Origin: a virus | Lineage: Duplodnaviria; Caudoviricetes | Virus record (IMG/VR): IMGVR_UViG_3300048080_000141 | Span: 1-31,090 of that record | Direction: 5' to 3' (one strand) | DNA: 31,090 bases | Part shown: piece after piece, positions 24,109 through 31,090 of the stretch | Layout: every line of letters starts with the position of its first letter | Position numbering within the stretch: the first letter of the stretch is position 1 | The notes under the pieces: generated by a model | Database searches by the model: none | The model's input: the letters and a program-made list of their open reading frames with translations, nothing else | What the model was told of the DNA's origin: nothing | Made by a program: the position numbers and the translations under genes

Positions 24109-25328
24109 GCTTCCGCCAGCAGGCTCAGTTGCGCCAGTCGCGCCCGTGTCATCGCGCAGTAGCGCTCGTTCAACTCCACCCCGATCGCGTGCCGTCCGAG
24201 CTGGCGGGCGACGAGCAAGGTCGTTCCACTGCCCGCGAAACAATCGAGGACCGTCGCGGAAACGTAACCAGCGCCGCACTCGCAGGAGGGGTGCCAGCCG
24301 AGGGTCTGTGTAACAGTTTGGAAACGCCAGTGCCCAACACCTTGCGCGCCGATCTTTTGATTGCCGTCTGACCAAGACTCTGTGTTTGTGTAGAGCTCAC
24401 CGTCAAGTTGTCGTTCCCGCTCAACCTCCCGCACCCACGGCGCCCCACACTCCACGCACACCCCTCGCTCCGACGTCCCCGCCAGGATCATCCGCCGCAC
24501 GAGCTCGCGAGGAAAGGCCGCAAAGTGCTGTACCACCGGCTCTCCACAGTGCTCCCTCGATGCCCCGCCCTGCCAGTAGGCGTCGCACACGCGGCAGATG
24601 GCGAGAGCGTTGGGCTCGGTGGGGATGGTCCAGACGGAGCGGGCGTTCTTACTAGAGAAGTCAGCGCCGTTGCGCTTCTCTCCTCCGTGTCGCTGCGCCT
24701 CCGGTCTACCGTCCATCTCCCACGCTCCGCCGCTTGTGTACGGACGTCGTGGATCGTTCGTGATGCTCGGCTCCCGCAGCGCCTCAGTGTCGTAGAAGTA
24801 CCTCGGCTTCTTTGAGAGCAGGAACACGTAGGAGTGCGCCGTTGTCGGCCGATCCGTCACCGACTCCGGCATCGCGTTCGACTTCGACCACACGATGCAG
24901 GAGCGCAGGTACCAGCCGTCGGCGCGGAGGGCGAAGGCGAGGAGCCAGGGCTGACCGACTAGATCCTTCGGCTTCGTGGGATGCGCCACCGGGGTAACGC
25001 CGCCCTTGCCTTTCCAGGCGTTCGGCATGCCCGTCTCGCGCCCGTGCCCGCCGACATTCGCCGCGTAGCTATCCCCGCACTCCACCCACAGCGTCCCCTC
25101 GTCCCGCAGCACGCGCCGCACTTCCCGGAACACGTCCACGAGGCGAGCGGCCCAGGCGTCGGGGGAGGATTCGAGGCCGATCTGTCCTTCCGTGCCGTAG
25201 TCGCGGAGCCCGAAGAACGGCGGCGACGTGCAGGCCATGTGGACCGAGCGGTTCGGCAGCTCACGCAGGACTTCGGCCGCATCGCCGCAGTAGAGAATCA
25301 GGTCGGCATCGGCGAAGTACGGTGTCAC
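24105..25328 (-). CDS. Orphan amino (N4-C/N6-A) DNA methyltransferase, beta class
   Basis: TSPPF catalytic motif precedes the VLDCFAGSGTT SAM motif; IVWSK.N.MPESVTDRPT, HFAAFP; GTGA overlap start. Confidence 0.92.
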   Translation of the reverse strand: MTPYFADADLILYCGDAAEVLRELPNRSVHMACTSPPFFGLRDYGTEGQIGLESSPDAWAARLVDVFREVRRVLRDEGTLWVECGDSYAANVGGHGRETGMPNAWKGKGGVTPVAHPTKPKDLVGQPWLLAFALRADGWYLRSCIVWSKSNAMPESVTDRPTTAHSYVFLLSKKPRYFYDTEALREPSITNDPRRPYTSGGAWEMDGRPEAQRHGGEKRNGADFSSKNARSVWTIPTEPNALAICRVCDAYWQGGASREHCGEPVVQHFAAFPRELVRRMILAGTSERGVCVECGAPWVREVERERQLDGELYTNTESWSDGNQKIGAQGVGHWRFQTVTQTLGWHPSCECGAGYVSATVLDCFAGSGTTLLVARQLGRHAIGVELNERYCAMTRARLAQLSLLAEA

Positions 25329-25813
25329 AGTTCCTTCCCGCAGCATCGACAATGAGTCAGCGCCGTGGCAGGCTCGCCCTCCCGCAGCGCGTCACGTAAC
25401 GCCGCGTGGCTCAGGTCCTCCGCCGCCGCCCGCTTGAGCCAAGCCTTCTGCTCGGCGGGGGGGAGCGCGGCCACGGCACGATGATGACTCCAGCTCAATG
25501 ACGCTCGCCGCGTCGAGCGGGGCACACGCTCGGACACGCGCATGAACTCCCGCCGGCCCTCCTCCGAGAGCCCCAGCACCTCGCTCATCTGCGACCACTC
25601 CACGGGAAAGAGCGCCTCGACGAGCAGGAGCCAGTCTCCGATGGCGAAGCGGACGGCCTCGTGCATACGCCCGAGCAAGACGCCGATGGCCTCCGCACGC
25701 TCGCGTGAAATCTTCGGATCGTCCAGGTGCAGGCCGGTGGAGGAAATGGCGCCGTTGCGTGCGAGTTCGGCCAGCAGCTCGAAGCCGATCGGCTCAAGGA
25801 CGGCGACGCTCAC
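25325..25813 (-). CDS. LmbU-like DNA-binding protein
   Basis: FAIGDWL...RR.SLSWSHH..VA.L...EQ..WL..A....LS...LR signature; C-terminal CxxC; GTGA overlap start. Confidence 0.75.
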   Translation of the reverse strand: MSVAVLEPIGFELLAELARNGAISSTGLHLDDPKISRERAEAIGVLLGRMHEAVRFAIGDWLLLVEALFPVEWSQMSEVLGLSEEGRREFMRVSERVPRSTRRASLSWSHHRAVAALPPAEQKAWLKRAAAEDLSHAALRDALREGEPATALTHCRCCGKEL

Positions 25814-26061
25814 GCGACCGCACTCTCGGCGACCGGGGCCGTTACAACTAGCTGAATCGCAATTAGATGGGAGCAGCGCCCCTTCATCTCCAGGCAAGTA
25901 CATCTCCACTCACGCGGGCCGGGGTCGAAGCCGAGGTCGTACACCTCGCCCGAGTCGCCCCGGCACTCGGCCACGATCAGGCCTGTCTTCTCGATGCGGA
26001 GAACGCGCAGGCGACCCTCCTGCAAAAGTCTCCTGCCCTTCGTGTGGGCGGATTCCCTCAC
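25810..26061 (-). CDS. SWIM zinc-finger protein
   Basis: RGDSGEVY...WRCTC....GRCSHLIA (CxCxnCxH). Confidence 0.8.
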   Translation of the reverse strand: MRESAHTKGRRLLQEGRLRVLRIEKTGLIVAECRGDSGEVYDLGFDPGPREWRCTCLEMKGRCSHLIAIQLVVTAPVAESAVA

Positions 26062-26390
26062 AGGGAGGCGGCTCCCTTCGGGCGGCTGTCTTCATAGTCC
26101 CGGCCCAGGTCTCCGACGCGCCGCCAGTAGACACATTTCGAGCAGCGGAGTTCGTCAGCCGAGTTCAGTAGCGGGCCGACTTCCACACGCTCCTCCAGTG
26201 TGGCTTTGGAATCTAGAATCGTGCCTACGGTTATGAAGCGGCGAGGTTCCCCGTCCATGATCATCACATCTACCGGAACCGTGGCATGGAGGATGACGTA
26301 GGTCGTCAGCCTGCCACCGCACTCAGGACAGACTGCAGGTTCGTCGCGCGGCATGAGATCCGCGAGCACTGTCAGCGGTGATTTCTCCAT
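26058..26390 (-). CDS. Zn-ribbon hypothetical protein
   Basis: CPECGG ... CSKC; start uncertain. Confidence 0.55.
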   Translation of the reverse strand: MEKSPLTVLADLMPRDEPAVCPECGGRLTTYVILHATVPVDVMIMDGEPRRFITVGTILDSKATLEERVEVGPLLNSADELRCSKCVYWRRVGDLGRDYEDSRPKGAASL

Positions 26391-26474
26391 ACCTTCATCT
26401 TCCCACCTTCGGCCGGCGATTTCGCCCCCCAAAGGTCTAGGTTCGACCTAGCCGAAGGTCTAGTCTTCGGGGGC

Positions 26475-26612
26475 TCACCACACTATGTTCCGTAACAGAC
26501 GCCCGCAGCACGAGCAGTGCCACACACCCTCACGGAGCACGGCCCACACGAGCAGGCCGGGACTGCGGACGCAATAGATCCTGTGTGACGCTCTAACCGC
26601 GAGCGGGCTCAT
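26475..26612 (-). CDS. 45-aa Cys-containing hypothetical protein; absent from the ORF track
   Basis: ATGA overlap; MSPLAVRASHRIYCVRSPGLLVWAVLREGVWHCSCCGRLLRNIVW. Confidence 0.45.
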   Translation of the reverse strand: MSPLAVRASHRIYCVRSPGLLVWAVLREGVWHCSCCGRLLRNIVW

Positions 26613-26932
26613 CGGCGGCGATCACGGTAGCGCGGCCACAGTCTCTCCGCCATCAGGACCAGCTCCCTTCGCCGGTGGTCGCTCAGATAGCGGAGGGAGA
26701 GCGCGTGAACGTGCTCCCGGAACGCATCCGGCATGGCGTCGATGAGGTAGGAGCCCAGGCGCAGATTGGCAAGTTCGGCCGTCTGCGCGGTCAGCTCCTC
26801 GAAGAAATAGCCGCTGTCCAGGCCGAGGCGTGTTACGTAACGGACGAAGTTCTCGCCCTCGAGTGGCGCGGGCAGGCCCGCCTCCAGCGCCCAGGCGGGT
26901 GGTTGCGGACGGAGTGAATCCCAGTAGGCCAT
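26609..26932 (-). CDS. Hypothetical protein
   Basis: GGGAGGGG RBS then ATG (MAYWDSLRP...); downstream of a promoter. Confidence 0.65.
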   Translation of the reverse strand: MAYWDSLRPQPPAWALEAGLPAPLEGENFVRYVTRLGLDSGYFFEELTAQTAELANLRLGSYLIDAMPDAFREHVHALSLRYLSDHRRRELVLMAERLWPRYRDRRR

Positions 26933-26964
26933 GCCCCTCCCCACGAGGGTAGAAAGTACTTCGG

Positions 26965-26992
26965 ACTGTAAGCAGGCGACGGCGGCTGTCAA
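26965..26992 (-). promoter_or_regulatory. Sigma70/SigA-type promoter
   Basis: TTGACA-16 nt-TACAGT in the intergenic gap, about 32 nt upstream of ATG 26932. Confidence 0.6.
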
Positions 26993-27004
26993 GTGAGGAT
27001 CTTG

Positions 27005-27655
27005 TCATTCGCGAGCGAAGAGGGCATCCTGTGTCCAGCGGCGCTCCAGCGCGAGCAATTCGTCCAGCCGCTCAAGCGTCTCGTCGCGAGTCAGGTCCTC
27101 GCCGAGATATTTGAAGGCGTAGAAGCCCGCCGCGTAGGGCTGGAACCACTCGGAGTGTTCGTAGTGCCAGGGTCGATCCATGACTACCGCACGCTGCATC
27201 CGTAGATGACAGCGCTGACAGAGTGCGGCGAGATTCCACCAGCGACAGTTCGCCTTGTCCTCGTCGAGATGATGGACGGTGAGGATGCGCCACTGAGCCT
27301 TCCACGCCGTCGGCTTGAACATTGAGGTGATCGGGCCGCTGTAGACCTCTCCGAACTCATCGCGTACCGGCCCACCGTGCGTGCACCGCTCATCGCACGG
27401 TGACCACTCGCCGCTGCCGTGCTCACCCTTGCGATAAGGATGTCCGCAGCGCTGGCAGCGATGGTCCGCCTGCTCACGGATCAGATCCTTGATTGAACCT
27501 GCACCCTCGCAGTTCTGACAGAGTGCATCGAACGAATGCTCAATCCACGATCGCTCAACGTAGCCGCTTCCTCCGCACGAGCAGCGATGCCAAGCAAACG
27601 GGTAGCCGTCCTCTCCGCAGAGCCAAGGTTCGTACTGACGCAGGATTTCTTTCAT
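27005..27655 (-). CDS. HNH endonuclease-like protein with additional Zn fingers
   Basis: CSCGGSG/CQNCEGAG; CQRCG; LTVHHLD...N....NLAALCQRCHL. Confidence 0.8.
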   Translation of the reverse strand: MKEILRQYEPWLCGEDGYPFAWHRCSCGGSGYVERSWIEHSFDALCQNCEGAGSIKDLIREQADHRCQRCGHPYRKGEHGSGEWSPCDERCTHGGPVRDEFGEVYSGPITSMFKPTAWKAQWRILTVHHLDEDKANCRWWNLAALCQRCHLRMQRAVVMDRPWHYEHSEWFQPYAAGFYAFKYLGEDLTRDETLERLDELLALERRWTQDALFARE

Positions 27656-28110
27656 CGCCCGAGCAGTTCCCGCACCTTCGCCACGTCCGGCGTCACGAAG
27701 CGCGAACCGTCATGACGATAGAAACTCACGTCCTGCGGATTGCAGTCAGGGCAGGGCGCGTACTCCTCCTCCACGGCTCCTTCGGGCGGCTCGATGCCGT
27801 GCTCCTTCATCCACACAGAGGCGGTGACGGGTCTGGTTGCGACAACGACAAAGCGATCCCCTCCGCAAGTGGCGCAAGTCGAGGCAGGCGCGGCGAGATT
27901 CGTAGCGCGGCGCGGACGTTCTCCCGAAGGTCGCCACTCAGGATCATCGAAGAGAGTGAGCGCATACGCAATCAAGTGCTCCACATGGCCCTTGCTGCGC
28001 GTTGCTTCGATAGCGGCCAGCGCGCGCTCAGGATCAGCGGAGAGAGCTACAACTTGGAACTCACGAGCGCCAAGCTTCCGCAGTTCTTGAGTGAAATCCT
28101 CGTCGCTCAT
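27652..28110 (-). CDS. Hypothetical Zn-ribbon protein, possibly replication-associated
   Basis: AGGAAGG RBS; CATCGG ... CPDCN. Confidence 0.6.
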   Translation of the reverse strand: MSDEDFTQELRKLGAREFQVVALSADPERALAAIEATRSKGHVEHLIAYALTLFDDPEWRPSGERPRRATNLAAPASTCATCGGDRFVVVATRPVTASVWMKEHGIEPPEGAVEEEYAPCPDCNPQDVSFYRHDGSRFVTPDVAKVRELLGR

Positions 28111-28361
28111 GGCTTCGTCCTTCCTTTCGAAACCGCACTAACCCCACTGAGGCGCGGCGGTTTCGATTTCGAGACTCCGCTTCGCCTCACCGCTTCACCC
28201 CAGGAAAGGCCGGGCTTGCTGACGTGAGGAAGCCGCCGACCGGCGCGCACCCACGGTGTCCGGCCGGGGTTTGCGCTACGCTTGTCTTTCGTTGAATCCC
28301 ACCGTTCAACGATAGCCTCGTGGCGCGACGAGCGCAAGAGGTTTCGCGGGAGGCCCCTCAC
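28107..28361 (-). other. Doubtful basic ORF or highly self-complementary element
   Basis: Open frame overlaps both neighbours, but the translation is Arg/Ser/Pro-rich and the DNA holds many nested inverted repeats. Confidence 0.35.
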
Positions 28362-28711
28362 TCGGGGGCCTCTTCGCTTTCTGGGTCAGCGGCGAGGGCG
28401 GCGTTCAGAGCGCGCCAGGCATCTCGTTTTTCGCCAACTTCGGCCTCAAGATGTGCTTTCAGCATTCGTGTAGCCGCCTCCCGCAGCGCAGTCTCGCGGG
28501 CTTCGGCGGCGTGGCGGGCCTTTCTCTCAGCGTAGTGTGATGCGTGCCAGTTGTCCGCGATGAGCTTGTTGCTATCAGCTCTCTCCTCAGCCTCCTGCAA
28601 GCGGGCGGCGAGACGGTCGAGGCTGGTGAGTGCGGCTTCCCGTGTCGGTGCTGGTTGGGGAGCTACGTCGAGGATGTATTGCCGCACGATCTGCGCGTCC
28701 TCCGCGCTCAT
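28358..28711 (-). CDS. Coiled-coil hypothetical protein
   Basis: ATGA-coupled; Ala/Glu/Arg helical composition. Confidence 0.6.
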   Translation of the reverse strand: MSAEDAQIVRQYILDVAPQPAPTREAALTSLDRLAARLQEAEERADSNKLIADNWHASHYAERKARHAAEARETALREAATRMLKAHLEAEVGEKRDAWRALNAALAADPESEEAPE

Positions 28712-28956
28712 GGCTCGTTCTCCGGCAGCGCGAGCTCCTGCCCGCAGCGGGGACAGCGCGCGACCTTCTCCTGTGTCGGGGAGCGGTAGCGAGCCGCCGG
28801 CAGCACGGGCTCGAAGCGCTCGGCGTATTCCTCGCGGAGCGTGCGGCGAACTCGGAAGAGTGGGGCCATGCGTTCCTCGAGGGCACGTAGAGCGGCCTGC
28901 CAGTCCTCGACCGTCGCGAGAACCTCGCCCGTCTCGGGATGCGCGAAGCTACTCAC
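28708..28956 (-). CDS. Hypothetical protein with C-terminal CPRCG
   Basis: HPETGEVL N-terminal motif; overlaps both neighbours. Confidence 0.6.
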   Translation of the reverse strand: MSSFAHPETGEVLATVEDWQAALRALEERMAPLFRVRRTLREEYAERFEPVLPAARYRSPTQEKVARCPRCGQELALPENEP

Positions 28957-29467
28957 CGAAGGGGATCCCCTGGTCGTGCTCGGAGAGGGGCGGGCTAGAA
29001 AAAGGGACTTCGTCGATGTCCCGGTAGACCCAGGTCTCGAAGCGCTGCGCTGTCTTCATCGTCTCAAGGGCAGGATCCTCAATGCCGGTTGTCCGGCCTG
29101 CGATGATCGTCGCAGCCGCCTTGAGACAGGCCATGCGGGTGATCGCGCGATCCTTGTCTGCGAAGTGGACGGCTTGGTGGTGGGCCTCCGGTGCGCCGGG
29201 AGTTTCCACAGCGCCCGCCGTGACGCCTTCCAAGTAGCGGTTGATGTATGGCTTGCCCGTGTGCTCGTTGATCTTCTCCGACTCGACCTCGTTGTACGTC
29301 CAGGTGGCGACGCTGCCGTGAGTTGCGCGCGCTAGCTCGACGAGCGGCTGCTCCTTCGTCGCGAGCTTGACCGGGTATTGCTTGCCGGGTACGGTGATCT
29401 CGAACTCCGTCCAGCCGGTCGGCTTCTCGGTAATGCCGGCGCAGGTGCCGACGATTGTCGCGCTCAT
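28949..29467 (-). CDS. Putative single-stranded DNA-binding protein
   Basis: Beta-rich OB-like N-terminus; acidic tail with DEVPF and terminal GIPFGE; ATGA overlap start. Confidence 0.55.
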   Translation of the reverse strand: MSATIVGTCAGITEKPTGWTEFEITVPGKQYPVKLATKEQPLVELARATHGSVATWTYNEVESEKINEHTGKPYINRYLEGVTAGAVETPGAPEAHHQAVHFADKDRAITRMACLKAAATIIAGRTTGIEDPALETMKTAQRFETWVYRDIDEVPFSSPPLSEHDQGIPFGE

Positions 29468-29715
29468 GCGTTCCACTCCTTGATCTTGACGCTGTAGCTC
29501 TCGGGCAGAAGATCGGTCAGGTTCTCCTCGGTCTCGCGTAGGAAGACATCGGGGAGGACGACATAGGGCCACGCTGTCGAGCGAGGCCCGAGCAGTTGCA
29601 GCGTGTATGTCTGGAGCACGACGGGCTCGGGCTTCTCCGTGCCGAGCGCGTGCATCCTGATTGCCTCCTCCTCGCCGAAGCGGATCGTGTCTGCTTCTAG
29701 CCAGGGCTTAGACAT
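29464..29715 (-). CDS. Hypothetical protein
   Basis: GGAGAGG RBS; MSKPWLEAD... Confidence 0.55.
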   Translation of the reverse strand: MSKPWLEADTIRFGEEEAIRMHALGTEKPEPVVLQTYTLQLLGPRSTAWPYVVLPDVFLRETEENLTDLLPESYSVKIKEWNA

Positions 29716-29905
29716 CGTTTTCCTCTCCAAGCAACCACATGAGGCGATGGCCTGCTCGGGCCTCTCTTGCGCTCGCCTCGGTGAGTTCCTCATGTAGCCG
29801 GTTGATCTCGGCCTCCTGACCTTGAATGATCTGGTCGTGGATCCAGGCCGCATCGCGCACATTCGCTGCGGTGCAGAGGCCGAATACTTCCAGCGTGTCA
29901 GGCAT
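29708..29905 (-). CDS. Hypothetical protein
   Basis: GAGG RBS; MPDTLEVFG...; overlaps both neighbours. Confidence 0.55.
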   Translation of the reverse strand: MPDTLEVFGLCTAANVRDAAWIHDQIIQGQEAEINRLHEELTEASAREARAGHRLMWLLGEENDV

Positions 29906-30152
29906 CGACCTCGGCCTCCTCGCGCATATGCATCTGATCGTCCGTGATCTCGACGTCGCAATAGGCGCGGGCGGTGTTGAGCATGTTGAAGATGGCATCC
30001 CGCGCCGCCTCGGCGGTCTCGTGCAGCTTGCCGTAGTCGAACGCGTCCACGGAGCCGGTGGATTCCCAGCGAAGACTCCAGCTTTCCTTCATGAGTCCGT
30101 CAAGCAGCTTTCGCGCTGCGTTCAGTGTCTCGATGTCTCCTATTGTGAGCAT
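29898..30152 (-). CDS. Hypothetical protein
   Basis: AGGAGAG RBS; MLTIGDIETL... Confidence 0.6.
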   Translation of the reverse strand: MLTIGDIETLNAARKLLDGLMKESWSLRWESTGSVDAFDYGKLHETAEAARDAIFNMLNTARAYCDVEITDDQMHMREEAEVDA

Positions 30153-30163
30153 CTCTCTCCTCT

Positions 30164-30499
30164 CTAGAGTTTGCGTGCCGTTCTCAGCGTGCGCCCAGCG
30201 TCCGAGATGTTCTTCGCGGATGCCTCCCACGGCCGCAGGATCCAGCGCTCGCCCTTCTCTCCGAGCACGTCCAGGATCCCGAGCGCGCAGTCTTCGAACT
30301 CGTGCTCGCGGCCGAGGGTGACGATGGCGACCCCGAGGGCCTCGGGCGTACCGCAGGTGGCGACCAGGCTCAGGACCCCCGCGTGGTCTCGACAGTAGAT
30401 GCGGAACCGCTGCGCCGGGTCGCTGCGTCCGCTAAGGTCGTTCCAGGAGAGGCTGTCGTCCGCAGGGGTCATGAGCCTCTCCATTACGTTACGGCTCAT
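30164..30499 (-). CDS. Hypothetical protein
   Basis: 111-aa ORF tiling with neighbours; start uncertain. Confidence 0.6.
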   Translation of the reverse strand: MSRNVMERLMTPADDSLSWNDLSGRSDPAQRFRIYCRDHAGVLSLVATCGTPEALGVAIVTLGREHEFEDCALGILDVLGEKGERWILRPWEASAKNISDAGRTLRTARKL

Positions 30500-30740
30500 A
30501 GGGCATCAGCGGCAGCACATCGAAGTGAAACCCCTCGCCCCCTGACCGCTCCATGTCAGCCGCGCGCTCGTGGGCGTAGGCGAGCGCGGCGGGCACCTCC
30601 TGGAACGGCCCGTGCGCGATCCACGTCTCGCGGGGCATATCCGCGTGGTAGGCCAGGACGAGCCAGCCGCAGGCACGCTCGAAGGAGTCGCGTTCGTCGC
30701 GGGCTTTGAGAAGGGCGAGCAGCAAGTCGCTGGCGGTCAC
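30489..30740 (-). CDS. Hypothetical protein
   Basis: GGAGG RBS; GTGA overlap; MTASDLLL... Confidence 0.6.
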   Translation of the reverse strand: MTASDLLLALLKARDERDSFERACGWLVLAYHADMPRETWIAHGPFQEVPAALAYAHERAADMERSGGEGFHFDVLPLMPYEP

Positions 30741-31069
30741 TTCGGCGCCTCCAGCTCCGTGAGCTTGGCGCGCACCTTTGCGATCTCTCCCTGCCAATAT
30801 GGGCCGTCATCGCCACTACCGGGCGCAAGATTCAGCACGTCCCACTCAGAGAGCCTCCGAAGTAAGTCGTCTTGCTCCGCGCACAGCCGCGCGAGGTCGG
30901 CCAAGCGATCAAGCGCGGCGAGCACGACTAGCGCGTCCTGCTGGCGGGAACGAAGTCCTGTCTCCTCCTTTACTTGCTTGAAGTACATCCTTTCCCAATC
31001 AGGATCGAACTTATAGTCATCGCGGAGTGGATCGTGGCCGAGATTCGTGAGTGTCATTAGGTTCCCCAC
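30737..31069 (-). CDS. Hypothetical protein
   Basis: Tiles with the downstream gene; start uncertain near the window edge. Confidence 0.55.
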   Translation of the reverse strand: MGNLMTLTNLGHDPLRDDYKFDPDWERMYFKQVKEETGLRSRQQDALVVLAALDRLADLARLCAEQDDLLRRLSEWDVLNLAPGSGDDGPYWQGEIAKVRAKLTELEAPK

Positions 31070-31090
31070 CGTCCCCAGCGGAACGTCCGC

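Noticed and set aside
26933-26992. TTG-started N-terminal extension of the ORF ending at 26609
   Set aside because: The TTG is part of the TTGACA -35 box; a strong RBS supports ATG 26932
1-31090. Genome-wide TAG recoding
   Set aside because: Code 11 gives full-length, tiling genes. TAG ends the capsid gene right before a hairpin and no core gene appears fragmented
1-31090. Terminal repeats, att sites, integrase, tRNA, introns or inteins
   Set aside because: The window ends do not match and no such motifs were recognised; lifestyle and completeness cannot be determined from this window

Overview
A GC-rich tailed dsDNA phage or prophage segment with siphovirus organisation. The holin and NlpC/P60 lysin types and the lack of a recognisable spanin suggest an Actinomycetota host (inference). 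The + strand (1-23009) is one tightly coupled late operon: HNH, large terminase, portal, prohead protease and HK97-type capsid, then a five-gene fibre/appendage block (including a signal-peptide-bearing beta-helix + Fn3 protein), head-tail adaptor and tail terminator. It continues with a five-enzyme glycan-building/tailoring cassette (GNAT/FemAB-like, two SAM-dependent enzymes, deacetylase, GT2), tail tube, a chaperone with a hidden -1 frameshift ORF, tape measure, tail tip genes and lysis genes. The - strand (23096-31069) is a convergent early/middle arm of small genes: three HNH-like ORFs, a DNA methyltransferase, an LmbU-like regulator, SWIM and Zn-ribbon proteins and an SSB-like protein. 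No integrase, repressor, small terminase, tRNA or CRISPR array was recognised. The best candidate for a new system is the glycan-tailoring cassette inside the virion operon. All family calls are from motif recognition by eye; no searches were run.
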